The notes: generated from the sequence alone by a model not told the origin. A stretch of 40,948 nucleotides of DNA from Dialister sp. (GCA_021633965.1 JAJWRZ010000001.1:1-40948); one strand, 5' to 3'; positions 10,578-21,619 are shown, counted from the first letter of the stretch. Translations and numbers: made by a program.

Positions 10578-11338
10578 CAGGAATCACTCCTTTCAGAGTT
10601 TTTCGGTCTACGTTCTCTGCGATCGCCACGACGGCCGCCTCTTCTGCCGCCTTCATGACGGTTGTTTCTATCTTTGCTGGTGCGGACGTTTTCGTTTTCG
10701 TCTACTACCTGGCCAGGAGCGAGTTCGCCTTTGTAAATCCATACTTTAATGCCGATAGCACCGTAGGTGGTATGGGCAGTGGTGACACCGTAATCAATGT
10801 TTGCACGGAGAGTCTGCAGCGGGATGGAGCCTTCGCGGTAGCTTTCGCTTCTAGCGATTTCAGCACCGCCCAGACGGCCGGAAACGGTAACTTTGATACC
10901 CTTGGCACCAGCGCGCATGGTTCTGCCGACGCACTGTTTTACAGCACGGCGGAAGCCGATACGTCTTTCGAGCTGGGAAGCGATGTTTTCGCCGACCAGG
11001 ATAGCGCTCATGTCAGTGGATTTGATTTCCAGGATGTCGATGTCGACTTCTTTGTCGGTAACAGCAGCGAGAGCTTTTTTGATGTCCTCGATGCCTGTGC
11101 CGCCACGGCCGATGACCATGCCCGGTTTAGCGGTATAAATCGCAAGCTTTACACGGCCGCTTACGCGTTTAATGCCAATTTTGGAAATGCCTGCTGCGAA
11201 CAGGTGCTTCTTTAAGAACTGGCGGATTTTGGCATCTTCCACAAGCAGTGCAGCATAATCTTTTTCTGCAAACCATTTGGAATCCCAGTCATCGATCACG
11301 CCTACACGCATTCCATGCGGATTAACTTTCTGACCCAA
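10577..11338 (-). CDS. rpsC: 30S ribosomal protein S3
   Basis: MGQKVNPHG (TTG start), [21 protein letters not shown]. Confidence 0.99.
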   Translation of the reverse strand: MGQKVNPHGMRVGVIDDWDSKWFAEKDYAALLVEDAKIRQFLKKHLFAAGISKIGIKRVSGRVKLAIYTAKPGMVIGRGGTGIEDIKKALAAVTDKEVDIDILEIKSTDMSAILVGENIASQLERRIGFRRAVKQCVGRTMRAGAKGIKVTVSGRLGGAEIARSESYREGSIPLQTLRANIDYGVTTAHTTYGAIGIKVWIYKGELAPGQVVDENENVRTSKDRNNRHEGGRRGGRRGDRRERRPKNSERSDS

Positions 11339-11356
11339 AACGTTTCCCTCCTTCGA

Positions 11357-11692
11357 TTACTCTTTTTCAGAAACTTTTACCGTCAGTGTGCTGGTACGTT
11401 TCATAATCCCGAAAGCCTGTCCACGGGAGCGTGGATGTACGCGCTTCATAATCGGGCCTGCATCTACAAAAATTGTGGAGATGTAGAGTTTGTCAATGTT
11501 CATGTCGTTGTTGTTTTCTGCGTTCGCCATAGCGCTTCTCAGTGTCTTTTCGACAACGATGGAAGCTGCTTTATGGGTGTTGCGCAGGATAGAGATAGCT
11601 TCTCCCGCTTTCTTGCCGCGGACAAGGTTCGCTACGATGCGAACCTTACGGGGAGAAATGCGGATATTTCTTGAAATTGCCTGAACTTCCAT
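11357..11692 (-). CDS. rplV: 50S ribosomal protein L22
   Basis: IRISPRKVRIVA, SAMANAENN, KRTS. Confidence 0.98.
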   Translation of the reverse strand: MEVQAISRNIRISPRKVRIVANLVRGKKAGEAISILRNTHKAASIVVEKTLRSAMANAENNNDMNIDKLYISTIFVDAGPIMKRVHPRSRGQAFGIMKRTSTLTVKVSEKE

Positions 11693-11707
11693 TTTATTCC
11701 TCCCTGG

Positions 11708-11977
11708 TTATTTCTTCTCGGTCTTGTTATGACCCTTGAAGGTACGGGTCGGAGCGAATTCGCCAAGTTTATGACCGACCATATCTTCAGTGACATAAAC
11801 CGGTACATGCTTTCTTCCGTCGTGAACAGCGATGGTGTGACCAACGAAGCTCGGCAGGATGGTAGAAGCACGGGACCAGGTTTTTACAATTTTCTTATCG
11901 TTAGCTGCGTTCAGCGCATCGATCTTCTTTACGAGAGAGAAAGCGACGAACGGGCCTTTTTTTACGGATCTGGACAC
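11708..11977 (-). CDS. rpsS: 30S ribosomal protein S19
   Basis: [20 protein letters not shown]. Confidence 0.99.
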   Translation of the reverse strand: MSRSVKKGPFVAFSLVKKIDALNAANDKKIVKTWSRASTILPSFVGHTIAVHDGRKHVPVYVTEDMVGHKLGEFAPTRTFKGHNKTEKK

Positions 11978-11994
11978 TTTTACTCCTCCTTATC

Positions 11995-12822
11995 TTACTT
12001 GCGTCTCTTAACGATCAGTTTGGTAGACGCTTTTCTGCTGTGTCTGGTCTTCACGCCGTAAGCCGGTTTGCCCCACGGGGTAACTGGACGCTTACGTCCG
12101 ACAGGAGCTTTACCTTCGCCGCCGCCATGCGGATGGTCATTCGGGTTCATGACAACGCCGCGGTTAGCCGGACGAACGCCGAGCCAGCGGTTTCTGCCTG
12201 CTTTGCCGAGGGTAATGTTTTCGTGATCTTCGTTGCCGATAGCACCGATGGTAGCACGGCAGCGAATGTGAACTTTTCTGAGTTCACCAGACGGCAGACG
12301 GAGAAGTGCATAGTCGCCTTCCTTAGCCATCAGCTGAGCGCTTGCGCCGGCGGAACGGACCATCTGGCCGCCTTTGCCGATCTTCAGTTCTACGTTGTGA
12401 ACGATGGTACCAAGAGGAATGTTGGTGAATGGGAGGCAGTTGCCGACTTTAATATCGGATTCCGGACCGCTGGTGACTACGTCGCCGACCTTCAGACCTT
12501 TCGGAGCGAGGATGTAGCGTTTTTCACCATCTGCATACTGCAGCAGTGCGATGCGGCAGGTACGGTTTGGATCGTATTCAATGGTTGCGACTTTAGCCGG
12601 AACTCCATCTTTATTTCTCTTGAAATCGATGATTCTGTACTGACGTTTATGTCCGCCGCCCTGGTGACGAACGGTGGTCTTACCGGAGCCATTACGACCG
12701 CCATGATTGTGAACAGGAGCCAGAAGGGATTTTTCTGGGGTATCTGTTGTAATTTCCTCAAAGGTGGAAACGGTCATCTGACGGCGTCCGGGAGTGTACG
12801 GTTTAAATGATTTGTATGCCAT
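11995..12822 (-). CDS. rplB: 50S ribosomal protein L2
   Basis: [24 protein letters not shown]. Confidence 0.99.
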   Translation of the reverse strand: MAYKSFKPYTPGRRQMTVSTFEEITTDTPEKSLLAPVHNHGGRNGSGKTTVRHQGGGHKRQYRIIDFKRNKDGVPAKVATIEYDPNRTCRIALLQYADGEKRYILAPKGLKVGDVVTSGPESDIKVGNCLPFTNIPLGTIVHNVELKIGKGGQMVRSAGASAQLMAKEGDYALLRLPSGELRKVHIRCRATIGAIGNEDHENITLGKAGRNRWLGVRPANRGVVMNPNDHPHGGGEGKAPVGRKRPVTPWGKPAYGVKTRHSRKASTKLIVKRRK

Positions 12823-12837
12823 TTATATTACTCCTCC

Positions 12838-13119
12838 TTACGCTTCGAAGAGCTCAATTGTTTCGCCCGGTTTGAGGGTAACAATTGCTTTCTTCCAATC
12901 ACTGCGACGACCCTGGGTGCGGCCCAGACGTTTCATCTTGCCTTCATAACGCATGGTGTTCACAGCCTGAACTTTAACTTTGAAGATCTGTTCTACAGCC
13001 TGGCGGATTTCCACCTTGGTAGCAGCGAGCGGTACACGGAATGTGTACTTGCGTTCTTCCATGAGAGCTGTAGTTTTTTCGGTAACGAGCGGTTTAATGA
13101 GGATGTCACGTGCGTCCAT
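12838..13119 (-). CDS. rplW: 50S ribosomal protein L23
   Basis: PLVTEK, WKKAIVTL. Confidence 0.98.
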   Translation of the reverse strand: MDARDILIKPLVTEKTTALMEERKYTFRVPLAATKVEIRQAVEQIFKVKVQAVNTMRYEGKMKRLGRTQGRRSDWKKAIVTLKPGETIELFEA

Positions 13120-13745
13120 TATGCGAGTACCTCCTCAATTTTCTTAACAGCTTCCTGAGTCAGGAAAAGTTTGCCGGTGTTTACGATATCGTAGATGTTG
13201 AGTCCGTTCGGTGCGTAAGCTTTGACGCCCGGAATGTTTCTAGCGGACAGAACGGTGTTCTGGCAAAGAGCGCCGCCGTCAACGATGACAGCTTTGCCTT
13301 CTGCCTGGAAAGCAGCCAGCATTTTGACTACTTCTTTGGTCTTCGGTGCTTCGAAGTTCACTGCGTCGAGAACGACGAGTTCGTTAGCACGGAGTTTTTC
13401 AGACAGTGCAGATCTTACAGCCAGCTGACGTGCCTTTCTCGGCATATCTTTGGCATGGCTTCTCGGGGTCGGTCCGAATACGGTACCACCGCCGACCCAC
13501 AGTGGGGAGCGGATGGATCCGACTCTGGCACGGCCGGTTCCCTTCTGTTTCCATGGCTTCTTGCCGCCGCCGCGTACAAGGCCTCTGGTTTTGGTGGCAT
13601 GTGTGCCGAGGCGTTCATTGGCCATCTGGCGCACCACTGCCTGATGAATAACAGCTTCGTTGTAGTCTACACCAAAGACGCTGTCATTCAGCTCTATTTC
13701 ACCGGCAGCTTCGCCGGCTACATTATACAGCTTTACTTTCGGCAT
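13119..13745 (-). CDS. rplD: 50S ribosomal protein L4
   Basis: KPWKQKGTGRARVGSIRSP.W.GGG..FGP. Confidence 0.99.
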   Translation of the reverse strand: MPKVKLYNVAGEAAGEIELNDSVFGVDYNEAVIHQAVVRQMANERLGTHATKTRGLVRGGGKKPWKQKGTGRARVGSIRSPLWVGGGTVFGPTPRSHAKDMPRKARQLAVRSALSEKLRANELVVLDAVNFEAPKTKEVVKMLAAFQAEGKAVIVDGGALCQNTVLSARNIPGVKAYAPNGLNIYDIVNTGKLFLTQEAVKKIEEVLA

Positions 13746-13794
13746 TGAGATGTTCCTCCCTAATCAGAACAATTTTCTGTTGTTCCAGACAATA

Positions 13795-14436
13795 TTATTT
13801 TACAGGCTTTACGGTTTCCTGTACCATGACGAGGCTTCCCTTAGCACCTGGGATCCCGCCTTTGACAAGCATAAGATTACGGGCAGTATCAACTCTTACT
13901 ACCTGAAGATGCTGTACGGTCACACGTACGCCGCCGAGCTGACCAGGCATCTTCTTGCCTTTGAATACTTTTCCGCCGCCGCCGGACATACGAGCACCGA
14001 GGGATGCTGTCTGACGATGGTTCTTGGAGCCGTGGGATTCAGGTCCACGCTGGTGGTTATGACGTTTGATCGTGCCGGCGAAACCTTTGCCGCGGCTGGT
14101 GCCAATAACGTCGATAATCTCGCCTTCTGCGAAGATATCAGCAGCCAGAGTTTGGCCTACTGTGTAAGACGGCTTTTCAGCGAGTCTATATTCACGCAGA
14201 TATTTAACTGGGTCGATACCAGCTTTTTCAAACTGACCCTTTACAGGTTTTGTCAAATGTTTTTCTTTGACAGCGCCGTAGCCGAGCTGTACTGCGTTGT
14301 ATCCGTCGGATTCAACAGTTTTAACAGCTGCTACCACGTTTGGCAGAACTTCAATAACGCTTACCGGAATCAGGTCGCCGTTTTCAGCGAACACCTGAGA
14401 CATTCCTAATTTTGTTCCCAAAATAGCCTTAGACAT
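13795..14436 (-). CDS. rplC: 50S ribosomal protein L3
   Basis: [35 protein letters not shown]. Confidence 0.99.
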   Translation of the reverse strand: MSKAILGTKLGMSQVFAENGDLIPVSVIEVLPNVVAAVKTVESDGYNAVQLGYGAVKEKHLTKPVKGQFEKAGIDPVKYLREYRLAEKPSYTVGQTLAADIFAEGEIIDVIGTSRGKGFAGTIKRHNHQRGPESHGSKNHRQTASLGARMSGGGGKVFKGKKMPGQLGGVRVTVQHLQVVRVDTARNLMLVKGGIPGAKGSLVMVQETVKPVK

Positions 14437-14448
14437 CTTTGCACCTCC

Positions 14449-14760
14449 TTACAGTTTAATTTCAATGCTGACGCCAGCTGGGAGTTCCAGTCTCATCAGC
14501 GCATCCGCGGTCTTCTTGGACGGATCGAGGATGTCAATGAGTCTCTTGTGGATACGCATTTCGAACTGTTCACGGCTGTCTTTGTTGACATGTGGAGAAC
14601 GAAGAATGGTGTACACGTTCCGTTCGGTCGGGAGCGGAATCGGACCGGAGACTCTGGAGCCTGTTCTTTTTGCAGTCTCCGCGATCTTCGCTGCGCTCTG
14701 ATCAACAGCTTTGTGATCATAGCCTTTCAGACGAATTCTGATTTTTTCCTGTTTCGACAT
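14449..14760 (-). CDS. rpsJ: 30S ribosomal protein S10
   Basis: [23 protein letters not shown]. Confidence 0.99.
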   Translation of the reverse strand: MSKQEKIRIRLKGYDHKAVDQSAAKIAETAKRTGSRVSGPIPLPTERNVYTILRSPHVNKDSREQFEMRIHKRLIDILDPSKKTADALMRLELPAGVSIEIKL

Positions 14761-14776
14761 TAGATAAACCTCCTAC

Positions 14777-14900
14777 GTTCATTTCATGAATGAACTGCTC
14801 CGTGGAAATTCCCCTGCTGTGCAGGCCACCTTCCACTTCATAGTTTGTTCTGAACACTCTTTTGCCTTGCGCCCTCGCACAAAGGTACCAGACGTTCAGC
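14777..14900 (-). ncRNA. Structured 5' leader of the S10 operon (r-leader-like)
   Basis: Minus strand AUGAA-GUGGAA-GGUGG-CCUGC-ACA-GCAGG-GGAAU-UUCCAC-GGAG (14797-14841), flanked by CUGAAC/GUUCAG and GUUCAUU/AAUGAAC hairpins, between the promoter and the rpsJ RBS. Confidence 0.65.
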
Positions 14901-14906
14901 TTTTCT

Positions 14907-14935
14907 ATAATACTATTTTTCGGCACTGAAATCAA
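14907..14935 (-). promoter_or_regulatory. Sigma-A promoter of the S10 operon
   Basis: TTGATT-17 nt-TATTAT with AT-rich upstream sequence. Confidence 0.75.
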
Positions 14936-15165
14936 GCATTTTATACAAAATTTATTTTTGCCGATTTTTAGTGAAATTCTTCGGTATTTACAGACTTTTC
15001 TGTAGTTTATTTTCTTTATTTTCACATGGCCACGCCGCCGTGCGTATACTCTAATTTCTAAAACTTTCATAAATTCGTAAAACCGCCATGTAGTATGCCG
15101 CCTTTCAGCCTAAAAAATGCGGCGCGGGCGCAAATTTCCATTCGATCTTCGATCACCATCCACTT

Positions 15166-15185
15166 TTACACCGGTGTTACACCGG
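15166..15185. promoter_or_regulatory. Possible operator upstream of the ABC remnant
   Basis: TTACACCGG repeated at 11-bp spacing; contains palindrome ACACCGGTGT. Confidence 0.3.
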
Positions 15186-15220
15186 CCGCATACCATCTTG
15201 ACGCATTCCGCATAAACTAT

Positions 15221-15883
15221 AGGAAAGGAGATCTTATAGGGACATATGTTTATCTCGCATTTCAAAAGCCTTTCAGGGAAAGCCCGTCATCAGGGACTTC
15301 TCACTCACGATCAAGAGGGAATCTTCACGGCAGAAATGGGAAAACGGCTGCCACAAAGATCCCCCGCTCCACTGGCGATGCCGCTCGCCTCTGTGCTCGT
15401 TACCATCTGCCTTCTTCTCTGGATGGTGCAGAATGCCATTACGACCCACAAAAGCGACTCACTCGTAGGCGGCAACAGCAAGCGGATGACGCTCACTCCT
15501 CTCTCATCAAGCTGCGTGGGTTCGAACTCTCGGCGGGTCATTTCACACTCTCTCACTACGCCGAACTTTTCAGTGAGACGGAGAATGATGTCCTCTCGCC
15601 ATCGAAAGCGGTCTTTCCCTTGGCATTGCCAGCGCCATTCTCTCGTCATACGGGGACGCTCATCGTGTTTCCTATGCAAAAACACAGAAAGAATCGCAAG
15701 ATCCTCGAAGCCGCAAGTCTTCTTCCGGAAATGCTCCCCTGCATCGTCCTTGTCATCGGCATCATGCTCTTGGGGTGTGACATCTACTCCCTTCACCCAC
15801 TGTACAGCACCATGGCGATCCTCGTCATCACCTACGCCATCCTCTTCCCACCCTATACCGCAGAGTACTTCACCTCCGCCTGA
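15221..15883 (+). pseudogene. Collapsed, frameshifted remnant of an ABC importer (ATPase N-terminus plus FbpB/AfuB-like permease fragments)
   Basis: RBS AGGAAAGGAG with no ATG at normal spacing; DICLSRISKAFQGKPVIRDFSLTIK (15241-15315) and GKT (15338-15346); permease-like pieces LASVLVTICLLLWMVQ, FTLSHYAELF and SLLPEMLPCIVLVIG...YAILFPPY in different frames. Confidence 0.7.
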
Positions 15884-15923
15884 TACCTGGCTGCCCGTCC
15901 CCAATCACCAATTTCAAACACGC

Positions 15924-15955
15924 AAAAAAACTCTCCCTTGCGGGAGAGTTTTTTT
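15924..15955. terminator. Bidirectional intrinsic terminator downstream of tuf
   Basis: A7-CTCTCCC-TTGC-GGGAGAG-T7. Confidence 0.9.
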
Positions 15956-15974
15956 CATTCAGCGAATGCTGAAA

Positions 15975-17162
15975 TTATTTTGCGATCTTAGCTACAACGC
16001 CTGCGCCTACGGTACGGCCGCCTTCACGGATAGCGAAACGCTGGCCTTCTTCCATAGCGATCGGGGTGATGAGCTTAACGCTCATTTCTACGTTATCGCC
16101 AGGCATGCACATTTCAGTGCCTTCCGGCAGCTGGATGTCGCCGGTTACGTCGGTGGTTCTGAAGAAGAACTGCGGACGATAGCCGTTGAAGAACGGGGTA
16201 TGACGGCCGCCTTCATCTTTGGTCAGTACGTATACCTGAGCGGTGAATTCAGTGTGCGGCTGAACGGTGCCCGGTTTTGCGAGGACCTGGCCACGAACGA
16301 TGTCTTTACGGTCGATACCACGGAGCAGAGCGCCGATGTTATCGCCAGCCATTGCCTGGTCAAGGGTCTTTCTGAACATTTCTACGCCGGTAACGACGGT
16401 AGCGGTTGGTTTATCCTGCAGGCCGACGATTTCAGCGGTGTCGCCGACTTTGACAGTACCACGTTCTACACGGCCGGTAGCAACGGTGCCACGACCGGTG
16501 ATGGTGAATACGTCTTCGACTGGCATCAGGAATGGTTTGTCGGTGTCACGTTCCGGGGTCGGGATGTAAGCATCAACTTCAGCCATCAGATCACGGATCT
16601 TCTGTTCATCTTCCGGATTGCCGTTGAGAGCGCCGAGAGCGGAGCCGACAACGATCGGGGTGTCATCGCCTGGATAGTCGTAGGAGGAGAGCAGATCTCT
16701 GATTTCCATTTCTACGAGATCGATCAGTTCCGGATCGTCGACCTGGTCAGCTTTGTTCAGGAATACAACAATAGCCGGTACACCGACCTGTTTAGCCAGG
16801 AGGATGTGTTCGCGGGTCTGCGGCATCGGGCCGTCAGCTGCGGATACGACGAGGATAGCGCCGTCCATCTGTGCTGCGCCGGTGATCATGTTCTTGACAT
16901 AGTCAGCATGCCCTGGGCAGTCTACGTGTGCGTAGTGACGGGTAGCGGTTTCATATTCTACAGTGGAGGTATTGATGGTGATACCACGAGCTCTTTCTTC
17001 CGGTGCTTTATCGATGGAAGCGTAGTCGAGGAAGTTTGCTTTGCCTTCTTCAGCCAGAACTTTGGTGATAGCAGCGGTCAGGGTCGTTTTACCATGATCG
17101 ACGTGGCCGATGGTGCCGATGTTAACATGCGGCTTGGTTCTTTCGTAATGAGCTTTTGCCAT
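15975..17162 (-). CDS. tuf: Elongation factor Tu
   Basis: [38 protein letters not shown]. Confidence 0.99.
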   Translation of the reverse strand: MAKAHYERTKPHVNIGTIGHVDHGKTTLTAAITKVLAEEGKANFLDYASIDKAPEERARGITINTSTVEYETATRHYAHVDCPGHADYVKNMITGAAQMDGAILVVSAADGPMPQTREHILLAKQVGVPAIVVFLNKADQVDDPELIDLVEMEIRDLLSSYDYPGDDTPIVVGSALGALNGNPEDEQKIRDLMAEVDAYIPTPERDTDKPFLMPVEDVFTITGRGTVATGRVERGTVKVGDTAEIVGLQDKPTATVVTGVEMFRKTLDQAMAGDNIGALLRGIDRKDIVRGQVLAKPGTVQPHTEFTAQVYVLTKDEGGRHTPFFNGYRPQFFFRTTDVTGDIQLPEGTEMCMPGDNVEMSVKLITPIAMEEGQRFAIREGGRTVGAGVVAKIAK

Positions 17163-17185
17163 TTTGAGGTCTCCTTAATAAAATT

Positions 17186-19264
17186 TTATTTCTTTCCGAG
17201 TCTTTCTTCAGTGATCTGCTGAGAAATAGCTTTCGGAACTTCTTCGTAATGGTCGAAGGTCATGGTGAAGGTACCACGGCCCTGGGTGGAGGAACGCAGT
17301 CCTGTTGCATAACCAAACATTTCAGACAGCGGAACGAAGCCTTTGATTCTGGATTCGCCGTTTTCGGTTTCCATGCCTTCGATACGTCCACGACGGGAGT
17401 TCAGGCCGCCGATAACGTCGCCCATGTATTCTTCCGGTACGTCGACTTCGACAGACATGTATGGTTCGAGGAGAACTGGATCAGCTTTCTTCGCGCCATC
17501 CTTGAATGCCATGGAGCCTGCGACTTTGAAGGCCATTTCGGAGGAGTCGACATCATGATAGGAACCATCATAAACGGTAACCTTGATATCGACCATCGGA
17601 TAGCCAGCAACAACACCGTCTTCCATAGCTGCTTCTACGCCAGTCTGGATTGGGTTGATGAATTCTTTCGGAATAACGCCGCCAACGACAGCATTTTCGA
17701 ATTCGAAGCCTTTGCCCGGTTCCATCGGTTCAAGACGCAGCCAGCAGTGACCGTACTGGCCGTGGCCGCCGGTCTGACGGATGAACTTACCTTCGGATTC
17801 AACGGATTTACGGATGGTTTCACGGTAAGCGACCTGCGGTTTGCCTACGGTGCAGTCCACGTTGAATTCACGTCTCATACGATCGACGATGATGTCGAGG
17901 TGGAGTTCGCCCATGCCGGAGATGATGGTCTGGTTGGATTCCGGATCAGTGTGTACTTTGAAGGTCGGATCTTCTTCTGCCAGTCTCTGAAGAGCATTGC
18001 CCATCTTTTCCTGGTCAGCTTTGGTCTTTGGTTCAACAGCAACGGAAATAACCGGATCCGGGAATTCCATTTTTTCGAGGATGATCGGATGATCTACATC
18101 GCAGAGGGTATCGCCGGTGGTGACATCCTTGAAGCCGACTGCTGCAGCGATATCGCCGGAGTAAGCGCAGTCGATTTCTTTACGATGGTTTGCATGCATC
18201 TGAAGGATACGGCCAACGCGTTCTTTCTTTCCTTTGGTGGAGTTCAGAACGTAGGTGCCCTGGTTCATGATACCGGAGTATACACGGAAGAATGCCAGTT
18301 TACCAACGAATGGGTCAGCCATGATCTTGAATGCGAGCGATGCCATTGGTGCGCTATCAGATGCTTCGCGGGTGACTTCCTCGCCGTCAAGGGTAGTACC
18401 TTTGACCGGAGGAACATCCAGCGGAGATGGCAGGTAGTCCAGGACTGCGTCAAGCAGCATCTGAATACCTTTGTTTTTGTATGCGGAACCGCAGAATACA
18501 GGGAACAGTTTGCAGTCCAATACCTGCTGACGGAGGGAAGCTTTGACTTCTTCCAAAGTCAGTTCCTGGCCGTCCAGGTATTTTTCCATCAGTTCATCAC
18601 TGCCTTCAGCAGCGGTTTCAATGATCTTTTCACGAAGTTCTTCTACTTCATCAGCGAGATCGGCCGGTACGTCTTCGACATGGTACTGTTTGCCGTCATC
18701 GCTGTCATAAATTTCAGCCTGTCTGGTCAGCAGATCAACGATACCGGTGAAGGTATCCTGAGCGCCGATCGGGAGCTGCATTGGAATAGCTCTTGCATGG
18801 AGGCGGGTATCCATGGTTTTTACCGCATGGAGGAAATCAGCACCGACGGTATCCATCTTGTTGATGAATGCGATACGCGGTACATGATAGTGGTCTGCCT
18901 GTCTCCAAACGGTTTCAGACTGGGTCTGAACGCCGTCTTTCGCACTGAATACTGCTACGGAGCCATCGAGTACGCGCAGAGAACGTTCAACTTCTACAGT
19001 GAAGTCTACGTGCCCTGGGGTATCGATGATGTTTACGCGGTAGCCTTTCCAGTGGCAGGTGGTAGCAGCGGAGGTAATGGTAATACCACGTTCCTGTTCC
19101 TGTTCCATCCAGTCCATGGTAGCAGCGCCATCGTGAACTTCACCGATCTTATGGTTTACACCGGTATAATACAGGATACGTTCCGTGGTTGTGGTCTTAC
19201 CTGCATCGATGTGCGCCATGATGCCGATGTTTCTTGTTTTTTCAAGCGGAAATTCTCTGCCCAC
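17186..19264 (-). CDS. fusA: Elongation factor G
   Basis: [27 protein letters not shown] start. Confidence 0.99.
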   Translation of the reverse strand: MGREFPLEKTRNIGIMAHIDAGKTTTTERILYYTGVNHKIGEVHDGAATMDWMEQEQERGITITSAATTCHWKGYRVNIIDTPGHVDFTVEVERSLRVLDGSVAVFSAKDGVQTQSETVWRQADHYHVPRIAFINKMDTVGADFLHAVKTMDTRLHARAIPMQLPIGAQDTFTGIVDLLTRQAEIYDSDDGKQYHVEDVPADLADEVEELREKIIETAAEGSDELMEKYLDGQELTLEEVKASLRQQVLDCKLFPVFCGSAYKNKGIQMLLDAVLDYLPSPLDVPPVKGTTLDGEEVTREASDSAPMASLAFKIMADPFVGKLAFFRVYSGIMNQGTYVLNSTKGKKERVGRILQMHANHRKEIDCAYSGDIAAAVGFKDVTTGDTLCDVDHPIILEKMEFPDPVISVAVEPKTKADQEKMGNALQRLAEEDPTFKVHTDPESNQTIISGMGELHLDIIVDRMRREFNVDCTVGKPQVAYRETIRKSVESEGKFIRQTGGHGQYGHCWLRLEPMEPGKGFEFENAVVGGVIPKEFINPIQTGVEAAMEDGVVAGYPMVDIKVTVYDGSYHDVDSSEMAFKVAGSMAFKDGAKKADPVLLEPYMSVEVDVPEEYMGDVIGGLNSRRGRIEGMETENGESRIKGFVPLSEMFGYATGLRSSTQGRGTFTMTFDHYEEVPKAISQQITEERLGKK

Positions 19265-19285
19265 GATTTTTTCTCCTTATTAAAA

Positions 19286-19780
<495 letters not shown>

Positions 19781-19816
19781 TTAGTTGATCACATAAAACT
19801 TGGTTGACAGGAAATC

Positions 19817-20191
19817 TTATTTCTTGTCTTTCTTAGCACCGTATTTGGAACGGGACTGCTGACGTCCAGATACACCTACGGTATCGAGAGCGCCACGGAT
19901 GATGTGGTAACGAACACCTGGAAGATCCTTAACACGGCCGCCTCTGATGAGGACTACGCTATGTTCCTGCAGGTTGTGGCCTTCACCAGGAATGTAAGCA
20001 GAAACTTCGATTCCGTTGGTCAGGCGTACACGAGCTACTTTACGAAGAGCGGAGTTTGGCTTTTTCGGGGTAGCGGTGTAAACTCTTGTGCAGACACCAC
20101 GTTTCTGTGGGGACTGTTTCAGAGCCGGGGTCTTCGCTTTGACTGCCAGGGTCTGGCGGCCTTTACGAACCAGCTGATTGATTGTCGGCAA
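19817..20191 (-). CDS. rpsL: 30S ribosomal protein S12
   Basis: [25 protein letters not shown] at 20191 is correctly spaced from AGGAGG and gives MPTINQLVR. Confidence 0.98.
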   Translation of the reverse strand: MPTINQLVRKGRQTLAVKAKTPALKQSPQKRGVCTRVYTATPKKPNSALRKVARVRLTNGIEVSAYIPGEGHNLQEHSVVLIRGGRVKDLPGVRYHIIRGALDTVGVSGRQQSRSKYGAKKDKK

Positions 20192-20290
20192 AATGGGCAC
20201 CTCCTTTCTATAAGGGTAAATTTATAATTGATCCAATAAGGCATAGCCTTGCTGGATATTACCGGGGATCTTTGAGAAACGCGGATGAGA

Positions 20291-20542
20291 TCAGCGTTTC
20301 CTCAGGACAGCGGCAGCAGCGGCTTTCACTTTGATGCCACACGCGCGGCCGATCTCCTTCTTGGTGAATTTCTGAATGGCGGGAATGTCTGACGCCTGAC
20401 ACGCAGAAAGGAGCGGAGCAGAGATGCGTTCATCACAGTCTGAAGCAATAAATACAGCAGAGGCTTCCCTCTTCTCGATCGCTCGTTCTGTTTCCTTCAT
20501 TCCTACTACAAAGTCCGAATCTTTCAATTCTTCCAGTGTCAT
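20291..20542 (-). CDS. L7Ae/YbxF-family RNA-binding protein
   Basis: 83 aa; VVGMKET..AI, VFIASD, EIGRACGI.V.AAAAA; typical position upstream of rpsL in Firmicutes. Confidence 0.9.
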   Translation of the reverse strand: MTLEELKDSDFVVGMKETERAIEKREASAVFIASDCDERISAPLLSACQASDIPAIQKFTKKEIGRACGIKVKAAAAAVLRKR

Positions 20543-20588
20543 ACGTTCTCACCTGCTTTTCAGCACACTAAATCCACGCAACATTGGA

Positions 20589-20617
20589 ATTATATCATTG
20601 AAGACCTCCGATGTCAA
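20589..20617 (-). promoter_or_regulatory. Consensus sigma-A promoter of the L7Ae-str operon
   Basis: TTGACA-17 nt-TATAAT with extended -10 TG. Confidence 0.9.
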
Positions 20618-20778
20618 TAATTTTTTATCCTATTTTTCTTAGTGTTTATGGGCAACTTTTTTACCACGTTCCCGTGCGTATCATAATGCATTATTTTTAT
20701 ACTTTTTTGTGATTGTTCATGCAGAAATGGATGGGGCAAGGTCAGCCCATGGACGCGTGTGAAAGAGGCTCAAAGGGG

Positions 20779-20894
20779 TTGGTGCGGCGCATCAAATCAT
20801 GGAAACGCCGCAGAGTTTTATATAAGCCACCAGCAAACTTGCATATACAAACCAAGGGGATGGAGGCGCTCTATGAATGGTGCGCCGCCTCCAA
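20779..20894. repeat. Inverted-repeat element (module B), copy 1
   Basis: GCGGCGCA..TCATGGAAACGCC ... GGCGCTCTATGA..TGCGCCGC; homologous to 33215-33339. Confidence 0.75.
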
Positions 20895-20900
20895 CACGCC

Positions 20901-21464
20901 TCACTGCCTCGTTTTCATTTTTAAGATCCCCATCACTTCCTCCATCGTCTCTGCGACATGGAGATTTCCCCACTCTGATGGCTCAATGAATCCCGCCTCT
21001 TCCCATGCCTTTATCTGCGCGAGAAGGCCATCGTAGATGTGTTCGATATTGCAGATGATGATGGGCGGCTGCGCGAAGGGATCCCCATAAATATGACGCT
21101 GGTTCGCTGTATCCGCCAATTCTTCAAGCGTGCCGATACCGCCTGGGAGAATGATGAACGCATCCCCCATTTCGATCATCCTCTGCTTGCGAACAGTCAT
21201 GTCAGGCACCTCAATGAGCGTGGTCAGGCCGCGGTGCGCCTGTTCCTTCGCGATGAACACCTCGGGAATGATGCCTGTCACTTCTCCGCCTGCTGCCATC
21301 GCCGCATCCGCACAGATGCCCATGAGGCCGACCGTGCCGCCGCCGTAGATCATACGGAAATGATTCTTTCCCAATGCCTCTCCCAGCTCGCCCGCAAAGG
21401 CCGCGTAGGCAGGATCATTTCCGAAATGGGAGCCGCAGTAAACGACTACATTCTTATATGTCAT
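20901..21464 (-). CDS. LOG-family nucleotide phosphoribohydrolase (TIGR00730-type Rossmann fold)
   Basis: VVYCGS, YGGG.VGLMG, RK..M, PGGIGTLEE; start moved to the ATG at 21464 after AAGGAGG. Confidence 0.92.
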   Translation of the reverse strand: MTYKNVVVYCGSHFGNDPAYAAFAGELGEALGKNHFRMIYGGGTVGLMGICADAAMAAGGEVTGIIPEVFIAKEQAHRGLTTLIEVPDMTVRKQRMIEMGDAFIILPGGIGTLEELADTANQRHIYGDPFAQPPIIICNIEHIYDGLLAQIKAWEEAGFIEPSEWGNLHVAETMEEVMGILKMKTRQ

Positions 21465-21484
21465 GTGTATGCCTCCTTTTCTGT

Positions 21485-21514
21485 ATTGTAGCATAATGAC
21501 TTCTGAAGGTTCAA
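21485..21514 (-). promoter_or_regulatory. Putative promoter of the LOG gene
   Basis: TTGAAC-18 nt-TACAAT with extended -10 TG. Confidence 0.5.
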
Positions 21515-21566
21515 AAGGTTTCGCGGGTCCGCTTGAGGTGAATGCCGCAGCGCTTTTCTCTCCAAT

Positions 21567-21619
21567 AAAAAGGCGATGTGAAATAACGATCATCTCATTT
21601 TCGCGTTCCATCTGCCGCG
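21567..21619. repeat. 53-bp exact direct repeat, copy 1
   Basis: Identical to 40896-40948. Confidence 0.95.

Noticed and set aside
10577..10710. Arg/Gly-rich C-terminal tail of S3
   Set aside because: Variable basic tails on S3 are common
389..14409. Many plus-strand ORFs over the ribosomal operons
   Set aside because: All overlap clear minus-strand genes and lack independent signals
15246..17222. 658-aa plus-strand ORF
   Set aside because: Runs from the pseudogene through a terminator into the antisense of tuf; not a plausible gene
10329..18930. Single substitutions in L16 (RQGSGKG for RMG) and EF-G (VQTQSET for V.PQSET)
   Set aside because: Visible in the sequence, but their rarity and effect cannot be judged without alignments
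20201..20290. Possible rpsL leader RNA
   Set aside because: No convincing structure or recognisable motif by eye
21465..21611. 49-aa N-terminal extension of the LOG protein
   Set aside because: Runs through the promoter and repeat; a strong RBS precedes 21464
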